From: a virus
Lineage: Duplodnaviria > Heunggongvirae > Uroviricota > Caudoviricetes
Strand: one strand, 5' to 3'
IMG/VR virus record: IMGVR_UViG_2529292921_000022
Length of the DNA: 41,010 nucleotides
The first letter of the stretch is position 1, and every line of letters begins with the position of its first letter. Below the pieces are notes generated by a model. That model did no database searches. It saw nothing but the letters and a program-made list of their open reading frames with translations, and was not told the origin of the DNA. The position numbers and the translations under genes are program-made. Below, in pieces: positions 20,938 through 28,586 of this stretch.

Positions 20938-21397
20938 TTACCACCCCACCAGCTTCTTTAAATCGGGAAATCAGGTCACCGATTCTATGTTCATACTGAC
21001 CGTAACCTGCACCAGGTAACGACGCCCAGATATTGCTGCAACGGTCAATTGCCTGACGAATATCACCGCGATCAATCATCGGTAAAGCGCCACGCTCCTT
21101 AATCTGCTGCAATGCCACAGCGTCCTGGCTTTTCGGAGAGAAGTCTTTCAGAGCAAGCTGCTTACGGTAAGCATCCCACCAGCGTGAAAGAAGCTGGTAA
21201 CGTCCGGCGGCTGTTGATTTGAGTTTGGGGTTTAGCGTGACAAGTTTGCGGGGGTGATCGGAGTAATCAGTGAACAGTTCGCCACCAACAATAACATCAT
21301 AACCGTGGTTACGTGTCGGTTGTCGCCCGTTATCCGTTCCTTCTGACCATGCCACCATATCCAGGAAAGCTTTACGCTGTGAATTTAGTGCCTGCAT
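20921..21397 (-). CDS. R: Endolysin, lambda R-like lytic transglycosylase
   Basis: 158 aa; near-identity along the length to lambda R as recalled from memory (NQRKAFLDM.AWSEGTDNGRQ.TRNHGYDVIVGGELFTDYSDHPRKLVTLNPKLKST). Confidence 0.85.
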   Translation of the reverse strand: MQALNSQRKAFLDMVAWSEGTDNGRQPTRNHGYDVIVGGELFTDYSDHPRKLVTLNPKLKSTAAGRYQLLSRWWDAYRKQLALKDFSPKSQDAVALQQIKERGALPMIDRGDIRQAIDRCSNIWASLPGAGYGQYEHRIGDLISRFKEAGGVVNEAEI

Positions 21398-21400
21398 AAA

Positions 21401-21742
21401 TTACTCCTTCGATCTACCAAATTTGTTACCGATTACTCGCATTGCAGCCCCACGAATAGCATCGACACCGATCAGCCCCACGCCACCACCAATGGCAACA
21501 GAAAGCGATTTAGGCCATCCGACATACTCAAGAGCGGATGCAAAGGTCAGCGTCAGAGCGCCACATAGCAAAATCTCGAGCGTTTTTCGCTTCCAGCCAC
21601 CACCACCGCCAAAATAGGCGATGCGCAAACCAGCCATAACGATCGACATAATCACTGCGCCCAGCGGTGTGTCTCCACGCCACCAACTTTGTAAGAGTTC
21701 CAGTAAGTCAGGCCAGGAATGAGGGACATTGTGCATTTTCAT
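21401..21742 (-). CDS. Holin with dual-start (antiholin/holin) motif
   Basis: ORF-track start at 21751 is GTG; two in-frame ATGs follow as Met-Lys-Met after SD 'ggaggtgagg'; three predicted transmembrane segments. Confidence 0.65.
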   Translation of the reverse strand: MKMHNVPHSWPDLLELLQSWWRGDTPLGAVIMSIVMAGLRIAYFGGGGGWKRKTLEILLCGALTLTFASALEYVGWPKSLSVAIGGGVGLIGVDAIRGAAMRVIGNKFGRSKE

Positions 21743-21959
21743 AAGCCTCACCTCCGAAAGTTCGGATGGTGCTAAATGTAAGATTCAGGCTCTCTGGCTT
21801 GCTCACAAGAAGTCAAGGATGTTTCCGGAGCCTAACAACGAAAAAGCCCCGGGACATGCCAGGGCCAGATGGAGTACCAGATTAAGCTTCTGGCGGTATA
21901 TCCTCGTGTTTGATATCGTTAAATCGCCAAAAGTAACCATATCAATTAAAGGAGTATAT

Positions 21960-22154
21960 ATGGCTAGTTTTACTGTCCGCGTTGAGCTTGTGGGTGCATC
22001 ATCCGATGACTACGCTCGCCTTCATGAGGCGATGGAATCCCGAAGATACTTTCGCGAAATTCAAGATGGAGCAGGAAACTGGTTTTATCTTCCAGACGCT
22101 GAGTACACAGCCGAAAAAACGCATCTGCTCGCGCAGTCCGAGAAGAAGTTGTAG
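21960..22154 (+). CDS. Small hypothetical protein in the Q-S region
   Basis: 64-aa ORF from ATG 21960 preceded by strong SD 'aaaggag'; the ORF-track version starts far upstream without SD. Confidence 0.4.
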   Translation: MASFTVRVELVGASSDDYARLHEAMESRRYFREIQDGAGNWFYLPDAEYTAEKTHLLAQSEKKL

Positions 22155-22222
22155 CCATCGCTGGGACAATAAAAAAGAACCCTCGGGTGCTAGTCACTCA
22201 AGCGGCAGATCGCTCATGGCAT

Positions 22223-22453
22223 TTAATCAAGAAGTGAGTTTTGATCGCCATTAACGGGTATTCCGTTCCCGCTACGCCCCTCACCAACCTCAGGGGCGCT
22301 TTCATAGCGCTCCATCGCAATAAACGCGGCAGCGATGCAATGCCCCAAATTTTCAAAATCATCCACCCCCGGGTTAGCCCGAGCCACAATGAACTGACCC
22401 AGTGTGATTTTGGCCTGAGATCGGGAATCAGAAGATAATTCATAAAATTTCAT
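22223..22453 (-). CDS. Small hypothetical protein in the Q-S region
   Basis: 76-aa ORF from ATG at 22453..22451 with SD 'ggagaa'; convergent with 21960..22154. Confidence 0.4.
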   Translation of the reverse strand: MKFYELSSDSRSQAKITLGQFIVARANPGVDDFENLGHCIAAAFIAMERYESAPEVGEGRSGNGIPVNGDQNSLLD

Positions 22454-22469
22454 GGGTGTTCTCCAGAAA

Positions 22470-22495
22470 CAACAAAACCCGCTCAATGGCGGGTT
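22470..22495 (-). terminator. Rho-independent terminator after the ORF6N-like gene
   Basis: Stem aacccgc/gcgggtt, loop tcaatg, A-run on plus strand (U-run on minus). Confidence 0.45.
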
Positions 22496-22590
22496 CTGGT
22501 AAAGTTCATGCGCTTGATTCGCCTCGCGATACAGCTTTGCGAAGCGTACTGGAATTGAAGCAGTTTATGGCTAAAATTGCAAGAACTTTT

Positions 22591-23154
22591 TTAAAGCTGC
22601 ATCAGCCTTTCCACCAGTTTATCTCTGCGAACAACAAACCAACCATTGGCTCTCGCCAGTTCCAGCCATGACTCAAGGGAAATAACAATATCATCATCCC
22701 GCAACTGAATTGTGGAAACAGTGACACCGCCTTGCTGATAACAGAGAACTCGCGTGTCGTAACTTTTCTGGCATGAAACTGGCGCTGACGGATCCTTTTG
22801 TCTGAAATAGCAGTCTTCCAGTCTTTCGAACACATCCCACGCCTGATCGGTTTCGAGCATTTTGGCATGACGGGCTGCGCCGCGTTCTGTCCAGAGGATG
22901 AGGGAGCGGGTTTTTGGAGAAATTTTCACCTCATTTTGCGACTCGTTTAAAACTAGTCGCAAATTTTTGAGCTCATCACCAACAGCTTTAAAGAAGTGTT
23001 TTCCCTCAATAAATCGAGATTTATTTTTATGGTGATTCTGCTGTATACGGATTGCTTCTGTTCCGTAAAGGCGGGCGAGTAACTCAGTTGTGATTACAGG
23101 AATCTGGTTATAAGTGACAGGGGAAAGGTTTTTGACAGCAACTTGAACAGTCAT
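22591..23154 (-). CDS. ORF6N / KilA-N domain protein (anti-repressor-like), first late gene
   Basis: 187 aa; N-terminal 'QIPVITTELLARLYGTE...NHHKNKSRFIEGKHFFK' resembles the ORF6N motif; ATG with SD 'gaggt'. Confidence 0.5.
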   Translation of the reverse strand: MTVQVAVKNLSPVTYNQIPVITTELLARLYGTEAIRIQQNHHKNKSRFIEGKHFFKAVGDELKNLRLVLNESQNEVKISPKTRSLILWTERGAARHAKMLETDQAWDVFERLEDCYFRQKDPSAPVSCQKSYDTRVLCYQQGGVTVSTIQLRDDDIVISLESWLELARANGWFVVRRDKLVERLMQL

Positions 23155-23316
23155 AACGACCTCGCGTTTCGATAATTTTTACCTCACCACCTTCAGGTTC
23201 CAATCATCGGGTGGCGAACTGTGCAGGGTTGGAACTACCGGTCGAAACATCCGGTGCACCTTTCGGTGCCCCCACACAGCCCGCCATAAATCGCGAATGT
23301 GACTGTGCTTAGCGCA

Positions 23317-23337
23317 TAAAAAAACCGCCAGCGCGGT
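23317..23337 (-). terminator. tR'-like terminator downstream of the late promoter
   Basis: Stem ccgcgctggcgg followed by a 7-nt U-run on the minus strand, about 75 nt downstream of the predicted start site. Confidence 0.5.
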
Positions 23338-23397
23338 ATGCACCGTTTCGATATCCGGGGTTCCAATCCCGACGCCAGATTTTGCTGGCGCTTCGGA

Positions 23398-23427
23398 AAT
23401 ATAGCCCCGGATAACAGATTGAGTCAA
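23398..23427 (-). promoter_or_regulatory. pR'-like late promoter
   Basis: Minus strand: -35 TTGACT (overlapping the Q stop), 18-bp spacer, -10 TATATT. Confidence 0.45.
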
Positions 23428-23978
23428 CAGACAGTTTTTAAATCCCCGGAAGAGAATGCATCACGCATCGGCAGATAGAGCATAAACTCTGCCATTTTCA
23501 ACCACGCATCTATGCGATTACGGCACGTGGCGTAACACCACTCAGGGTGTGAATCATTCAGCAATTCAGCCATTTTTCGCTTAGTCATCCCACTCCCTTC
23601 ATATCGTTGCTGGAGGATACAAATCAATCCTGGGTGTTCTGCCAGTACTTCGCCAATAACCCTGTCGATTATTAATGCCTCTGAATCGGTACAATGTGCC
23701 AGCCAGCTCTTTTGCTTGCCGTTAATCATACCCCGCAAAAAAGCCTCAAGTTCAGGTTTGTCCAGACCTGCTTTTTTCATCCTGCGGAGCGCCTCGTTAA
23801 TTTCCGTTTTTGTCAGCTTTTTAGAGGTCAACAACTGGTTGAACATATTCCCCGTCTTACCGCCACCAATATACGACCAGCGCCCCCACATACGCAGTTT
23901 TCCCTGAATCCAGACACTTTCCAGCGTGGTGAGACGAAGGTGTTCTCCGCTTTTTCCTGTATTCGTTGGGTAAATCAT
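23424..23978 (-). CDS. Late-gene antiterminator, Q-like (family uncertain)
   Basis: Located immediately upstream of the pR'-tR' pair; ATG at 23978 with SD 'aggaagg' overlapping the upstream stop (ATGA); ORF-track start at 24098 is probably too far upstream. Confidence 0.45.
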   Translation of the reverse strand: MIYPTNTGKSGEHLRLTTLESVWIQGKLRMWGRWSYIGGGKTGNMFNQLLTSKKLTKTEINEALRRMKKAGLDKPELEAFLRGMINGKQKSWLAHCTDSEALIIDRVIGEVLAEHPGLICILQQRYEGSGMTKRKMAELLNDSHPEWCYATCRNRIDAWLKMAEFMLYLPMRDAFSSGDLKTVC

Positions 23979-24265
23979 AAATAACCTTCCTTTCTCCAGA
24001 TTTCTTGTGTGCGAAAAACACCTTCTGCGTGCATCAGGCGTAATTCTTCTTTGGTGTAATCGCTGGTTTTTACCCGCCCGTCGATTAAATCGTGGCACGA
24101 GCTACAGGCAATCGCTGCCTGCATATCGTGTGGCTTTATCGCCGTTCCGCACGTTCCCGCCAGTCGGTAATGCGCCAGCACAGACGTTTCGGGATTGTGA
24201 TTGCAGTAGCCAGGGATTCTGACCTGGCACATCTGGCCCCGCGCCGCTTTACGTAAATCCACCAT
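23975..24265 (-). CDS. DUF1364/YbcO-like putative nuclease
   Basis: 96 aa with conserved Cys/His pattern (CQVRIPGYCNHNPE...ACSSCHD); nin-region position. Confidence 0.5.
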   Translation of the reverse strand: MVDLRKAARGQMCQVRIPGYCNHNPETSVLAHYRLAGTCGTAIKPHDMQAAIACSSCHDLIDGRVKTSDYTKEELRLMHAEGVFRTQEIWRKEGYL

Positions 24266-24864
24266 TACGCAAACTCCAGCAGCTGCACGGCCACATTTTC
24301 GACTTCCTCCGGAGAGGAAAATTTACGGAACAGGATCCAGTTCCACAGCACATTCAGTACAGATTTATAAACCTGCTGAAACACGGTTTCGTCCATGTTC
24401 GCAAATGCGATAGATTTTGCCCTGCACCCACGACTACCATCAGGATAAATATGCTCGGTGTAAAATCCGGCCTGAATGGTTACCCACTCGCGGAAAGCGT
24501 CAAACGACTTTAGCAATGCCGTATCCCGGGTTCTGCATGTCGCAACTGTATTAAGGTATTGCTCTGCGGCATCACTCAGGGCTGGAGTGTGTTCCCGACC
24601 TACTGATTCGCACAGGTAATCAACGAAGCCTGATACCAGTTTTCGTTCGCGAGGCGTGATCGCCCCACCGACCGGAGTCCAGTAATCGAATCCCAGTTGC
24701 AGGAGTTTGAAAAAACGCTTGTGGAATGCGTAGTTACGCACACGCTTAAAGTCTGCGTGTATCCACTCACCTATTTTGATTTGATGCAAAAAATCGCAAC
24801 TCTCCGGCGTCGCCGGGAGAAGTAATCCGGAAGAGGTTTGTTTGACCAGTTGTATATGCGCCAT
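24265..24864 (-). CDS. Hypothetical nin-region protein
   Basis: 199-aa ORF, ATG with SD 'ggagaa'; stop overlaps the next start. Confidence 0.45.
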   Translation of the reverse strand: MAHIQLVKQTSSGLLLPATPESCDFLHQIKIGEWIHADFKRVRNYAFHKRFFKLLQLGFDYWTPVGGAITPRERKLVSGFVDYLCESVGREHTPALSDAAEQYLNTVATCRTRDTALLKSFDAFREWVTIQAGFYTEHIYPDGSRGCRAKSIAFANMDETVFQQVYKSVLNVLWNWILFRKFSSPEEVENVAVQLLEFA

Positions 24865-24935
24865 CGTAGTTCTCCGCTGGCGCAGTAGAATGGGTGTTCA
24901 GCCCGTTATGTAGTATACCAGAATTAATGCCAATA

Positions 24936-25187
24936 CTAACAGGATGCTCTGACTCGCAATTCATCCAGCAGTTTATCATTTCCCATAATGTCACTTACCC
25001 TCATCGGTAAAAAAATTGCCTTTCGACCATTACGATACATCATTGATTTTGGGGTTTCAGGGAAATAATTCATTTCGACTATAACTGACAGGTCATCACG
25101 ACGTATGACTGCGTATTTGCAACTAAATAGTTTCTTTATTTTTTCCACGATGCCTCCGAGTTTATAAGTACAAACGGTTATATCCAC
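24936..25187 (-). CDS. Doubtful ORF (GTG start, no SD)
   Basis: 83-aa ORF in an AT-rich stretch; no ATG until codon 39 and no ribosome-binding site; may be non-coding. Confidence 0.2.
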   Translation of the reverse strand: MDITVCTYKLGGIVEKIKKLFSCKYAVIRRDDLSVIVEMNYFPETPKSMMYRNGRKAIFLPMRVSDIMGNDKLLDELRVRASC

Positions 25188-25321
25188 ATAGAGACAAAAA
25201 TATTAATCTGAAAAATATTTATTTCACGCCGTATATTTGATTATTTAATGTGCAGGTACAATGACTTTTATTTTTTGTTGTGTATATAATCAAATATATG
25301 GTTATTTTTCACCCTGCACAT

Positions 25322-25345
25322 TCAGCGCGCAACAAAAAACCCGCC
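25322..25345 (-). terminator. Rho-independent terminator at the 3' end of the hok mRNA
   Basis: Stem aaacccgc/gcgggttt, loop cgaa, A-run on plus strand (U-run on minus). Confidence 0.5.
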
Positions 25346-25423
25346 GAAGCGGGTTTAGTGCGGGTGCGTTGAGGGTGCCTGACACATGAGAGGTGGCGAG
25401 GGATTTCTCCCCCGCCTGGTCTC

Positions 25424-25579
25424 TTACTCCTCAGGTTCGTAAGCTGTGAAGACAGCGACCTCCGTCTGGCCGGTTCGGATTCGTACCTCGCAGAGGTCCT
25501 TCCTCGTTACCAGTGCCGTCACTATGACGGTTAAACAGATGACAATCAGGGCGACTAACATCGCCTTTTGCTGCTTCAT
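25424..25579 (-). CDS. hok: Hok/Gef-family type I toxin
   Basis: 51-codon minus-strand ORF absent from the ORF track: MKQQKAMLVALIVICLTVIVTALVTRKDLCEVRIRTGQTEVAVFTAYEPEE; SD 'aaggagaag' matches the plasmid R1 hok leader as recalled. Confidence 0.8.
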   Translation of the reverse strand: MKQQKAMLVALIVICLTVIVTALVTRKDLCEVRIRTGQTEVAVFTAYEPEE

Positions 25580-25634
25580 AGCCTGCTTCTCCTTGCCTTT
25601 CGGTCCGTAAGAGGCTAATCTCTATGTGTCGCAT
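25431..25634 (-). CDS. mok: mok (modulator of killing) overlapping reading frame
   Basis: 67-aa ORF overlapping hok in another frame, starting upstream in the leader; the leader resembles the R1 mok region. Confidence 0.55.
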   Translation of the reverse strand: MRHIEISLLRTERQGEAGYEAAKGDVSRPDCHLFNRHSDGTGNEEGPLRGTNPNRPDGGRCLHSLRT

Positions 25635-25695
25635 AGATATGGCCTCAGATTAATGTTAAGCGTCTTGCAGGACGCGTAATGTTAACTGGGGCTTT
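25628..25695 (+). ncRNA. sok: Predicted Sok-like antisense RNA (approximate)
   Basis: Plus-strand promoter-like -35 TTGCCT / 17 bp / -10 TAATCT at 25593..25621, antisense to the mok translation initiation region; ends approximate. Confidence 0.35.
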
Positions 25696-25836
25696 TCTCT
25701 ATCTGCCTTTTGGTGTTCATGCCTGAGACAGATAGCCTCAAGCACCCGCAGTTATTCTACTTAACTAAGATTTCCCCGCAAACCGTTTTTGTCCGGCACA
25801 GTAAATATCCAACTAAACCAATGGCGTTCGCTGTAT

Positions 25837-26016
25837 TTACCGCCAGTATTCAATGCACATGACCGCCATGAACACCCCTAAAAAAAGGGCATTTATATGT
25901 CCAAACATTAATATCAAAACATCAATTTTTTCCATATACCTTGCTGTGAAGATGATGGGCATACATGATGCGAACAACCAGAACGCAACAAACAAAAACT
26001 GCAATGCGTTTTTCAT
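25837..26016 (-). CDS. Small hydrophobic two-helix membrane protein
   Basis: 59 aa from ATG at 26016 with SD 'aggggg'; flanked by AT-rich non-coding DNA. Confidence 0.4.
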   Translation of the reverse strand: MKNALQFLFVAFWLFASCMPIIFTARYMEKIDVLILMFGHINALFLGVFMAVMCIEYWR

Positions 26017-26136
26017 TATTCCCCCTACAATCAATGTGCAATAACATTTAAACACACCTCAATTTGGCCGGACATATAAATATCTAAACCAGAAAAAATC
26101 ACTTACATAGCGTTACAAACTCTTTAGTCTAAATAT

Positions 26137-26652
26137 TCATCGTAAAACATCCTCCACGCTTATCAGTCCATTTCGTTTCAGGTAATCCATCGCCTTCTCC
26201 GGTAATTTGCAGTCCGGCTGAGCTTTTTTCAGTTGACTGACCAGTCGTTTAACCCACATTGTTAATTCGCTAACCTGATTGCCGGATGCTGGTGGATTGT
26301 CGGCTTTACCCAGAATGGCAGCGCAGCAGGCCTCTCTGAGCACCCAGTCAACAGCATCCTTCCATGCTCCTGTTTCGACTGGCGGATTCTCACGCTTTAC
26401 CTGTTCATAAAAGCGCACGGCTTTAACCAGTCCTTCTGATGTCACCGGGACTGGCGGGCCGATGAATAAGGCCTGAATTTCATAGTTCGGCCTGTCGTTA
26501 CAATCCTCTTTTGTCGGTACATATTTCCAGTCACCAGCCCACGGCTTCCCCTGAAAGTCTGTAACGTCTTTTTTCACGTAGCGATATCGCCATGCAACTG
26601 GTTTTGCCTGCCCTGCCGTTTCATGCCCTTCCTGATAATTAATCTCGCTCAT
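26137..26652 (-). CDS. Hypothetical phage protein (nin-like operon)
   Basis: 171-aa ORF; ATG overlaps upstream stop (ATGA). Confidence 0.5.
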   Translation of the reverse strand: MSEINYQEGHETAGQAKPVAWRYRYVKKDVTDFQGKPWAGDWKYVPTKEDCNDRPNYEIQALFIGPPVPVTSEGLVKAVRFYEQVKRENPPVETGAWKDAVDWVLREACCAAILGKADNPPASGNQVSELTMWVKRLVSQLKKAQPDCKLPEKAMDYLKRNGLISVEDVLR

Positions 26653-26824
26653 TCATCGCCCCACTCATCACAATATGCTTCGACCGGAGTTTTTCCTGCT
26701 TCATAATCATCACGCCATGCTTCAGCATCAGCAGCACTGCCACCACGTAACTCTGCATAATCCATTAACAGTTCATGCCATGCTTCAAAACTGACGTTGT
26801 ATTTAGTTGAACCAAAATCAGCCA
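26649..26824 (-). CDS. Small acidic hypothetical protein
   Basis: 58-codon ORF below the ORF-track cutoff: MADFGSTKYNVSFEAWHELLMDYAELRGGSAADAEAWRDDYEAGKTPVEAYCDEWGDE; SD 'gaggaag'. Confidence 0.35.
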
Positions 26825-27000
26825 TTTTGCTCTTCCTCTTCGTCTTTTATTTCGTGATATGAGTAATTGCAGTAGTTAAAGAAAATATCTTTTGCTTCGT
26901 CATGTATTTCATCAGGCGTCGCATCATCATCCACTTCGAATTCATCCTCGAAATCTCCACCGGCTATTCCCGTTTCAATAATTATTTTAAACTTTCGCAT
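26818..27000 (-). CDS. Small acidic hypothetical protein
   Basis: 60-aa ORF, very acidic C-terminus; weak SD. Confidence 0.3.
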   Translation of the reverse strand: MRKFKIIIETGIAGGDFEDEFEVDDDATPDEIHDEAKDIFFNYCNYSYHEIKDEEEEQNG

Positions 27001-27093
27001 TTAACTACCGCCCTTTCGGGCGGCCTCCTGATGTTCTGAGGGTGCAGAAATCCCTCCGGTTAAGGATTAAATTTTTAACAGAGCTAAATTTAA

Positions 27094-27450
27094 TTATTCA
27101 GTTCTGGATTTTGTCGCCCTGCGTATCCGCGCTTTCGCGTTACGCTCAATCTGAATTAGCTTTTCTATATTTTTTCGCCTTTCCCGCTCCTCCTGGCGCA
27201 AGTGCCTTACATCATCTGCCAGTCTGGTTTCTCTTTTCGCCACAGAGAGCATCCAGTCAAATGGCTCCACAACTGCACCGCAGATTTTACAGCGGACCTG
27301 ACGCTCTTTTTCGTCAACCCGGACAGAGGCGTGATGACAATATGGTCTTTCCGATGGCTCATAAAGAAAATTAACCTGATTACGAGGGTCATCCTCTTTT
27401 ACCGGAAATAAAACGATATTGCTTAACTCATCCTCTGGTTTTATTTCCAT
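27094..27450 (-). CDS. Hypothetical zinc-ribbon-like protein
   Basis: 118 aa with CHH...CKICG motif and basic C-terminal helix; strong SD 'aggagaggag'. Confidence 0.45.
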   Translation of the reverse strand: MEIKPEDELSNIVLFPVKEDDPRNQVNFLYEPSERPYCHHASVRVDEKERQVRCKICGAVVEPFDWMLSVAKRETRLADDVRHLRQEERERRKNIEKLIQIERNAKARIRRATKSRTE

Positions 27451-27889
27451 GCTCCTCTCCTTTGATGCGAATGCCAGCGACGCGTAATGCGTGTTCTAGG
27501 TCAATCAGGTAAAGCCAACTGCCATTTTCTTTAGGTATCATGACATGTCGCTCATCTGCATTTATCGGGTGTCCATATCGAAGGTCGTAGCGAGTCGGTA
27601 ATTGAACTTCCCGCGCTTCCAGTTCAGCAATACGCTTGCTCCCATCAGAGATAACGCCTTCGTAATACTCACGCTGCTCGTTGAGTTGTGATTTTGCTTC
27701 TTCCAGTCCATCCAGCAAATCAGCGATAATATCCGCTTCCCGATGACGGATGTGACGCTTAAACGCAGCAAGAGCCGCATCACAATCCCGTTCAGCATTT
27801 GGGCTGTCCGGGATAGCCTGATACCACGCCAGCGTCGACTGATAGTTTTGTGCTGCCTCACGAAGCGCCTCATAGTTAACCTCTCTCAT
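27428..27889 (-). CDS. Hypothetical phage protein
   Basis: 153-aa ORF; strong SD 'aggaggtg'; ATGA overlap with upstream gene. Confidence 0.45.
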   Translation of the reverse strand: MREVNYEALREAAQNYQSTLAWYQAIPDSPNAERDCDAALAAFKRHIRHREADIIADLLDGLEEAKSQLNEQREYYEGVISDGSKRIAELEAREVQLPTRYDLRYGHPINADERHVMIPKENGSWLYLIDLEHALRVAGIRIKGEEHGNKTRG

Positions 27890-28182
27890 TGAGCCACCTC
27901 CTGATAAATCACCGCATGCCCCAGTTTCTCCGCCAGTGCCAGCTCTGCCTTAGCGCCCGCTGACCGCTGCCAGCCATTCAGCATGTAAATCGCATCCACA
28001 CAACGAATTATTGCCATGCAAATATCCATGTAGTGCGGCTGTGTCAGCCCGTCCGGAAGTACTGCCGGGTTTAAGACGGTATGCCCTTCCCGTTTCAGTT
28101 CCTCTTCCGCCTTGTGAAACGCCTCACGGTTGAAATTTTCATATCCCGTCATTGGACCGGCAATATAAACTCTGACCCTCAC
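27886..28182 (-). CDS. DUF4406-like / nucleoside 2-deoxyribosyltransferase-like protein
   Basis: Motif 'VYIAGPMTGYENFN...'; GTG start at 28182 after AGGAGG, overlapping the upstream stop (GTGA); the ORF-track version (28251) overlaps the neighbour. Confidence 0.45.
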   Translation of the reverse strand: MRVRVYIAGPMTGYENFNREAFHKAEEELKREGHTVLNPAVLPDGLTQPHYMDICMAIIRCVDAIYMLNGWQRSAGAKAELALAEKLGHAVIYQEVAQ

Positions 28183-28571
28183 TCCATCACCTCCTGAAAG
28201 TTTCCCCGATAGAACGCCAGCACACGCTGCATAACTTCGCTCTGGCGGCACTCACGACAAATTATGTTCTGCCGTCTGTTGTAACGACGTATTTCTCCGT
28301 CAGGTAACTTTCGAATCAGTGTCGGGTCAGCAGCCTTCTCCGGTGTCTTACGCCATACGCGATACGCCTGCTCTGATGGAAATACCCCGCAACCAGAGAG
28401 CCAGACATCACCACTGGCCGCAAGCGCACCAGATAAACGACGAATAGCGGTCTTACTGACACCCGTTTTATCTGCCAGTTGTCGAAAAGTTTCTCGTCCG
28501 CTCAGGCGCACGAATTCCACAATGCGCGCCTTCACTTCTTCCCGCTCTTCTGGTGTAAATACTTTTGCCAT
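28179..28571 (-). CDS. Hypothetical phage protein
   Basis: 130 aa from ATG 28571 with SD 'ggagg'; ORF-track start is TTG. Confidence 0.4.
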   Translation of the reverse strand: MAKVFTPEEREEVKARIVEFVRLSGRETFRQLADKTGVSKTAIRRLSGALAASGDVWLSGCGVFPSEQAYRVWRKTPEKAADPTLIRKLPDGEIRRYNRRQNIICRECRQSEVMQRVLAFYRGNFQEVME

Positions 28572-28586
28572 AAGCGCCTCCGGCAA

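Noticed and set aside
23179-23427. 82-aa minus-strand ORF between Q and the first late gene
   Set aside because: It spans the predicted pR' promoter and tR' terminator; the region is better explained as the late regulatory leader.
24936-25187. Assigning the 83-aa ORF as a rem homologue on the basis of size and position
   Set aside because: The ORF begins with GTG and has no SD, and I cannot verify any similarity from memory; kept only as a low-confidence ORF.
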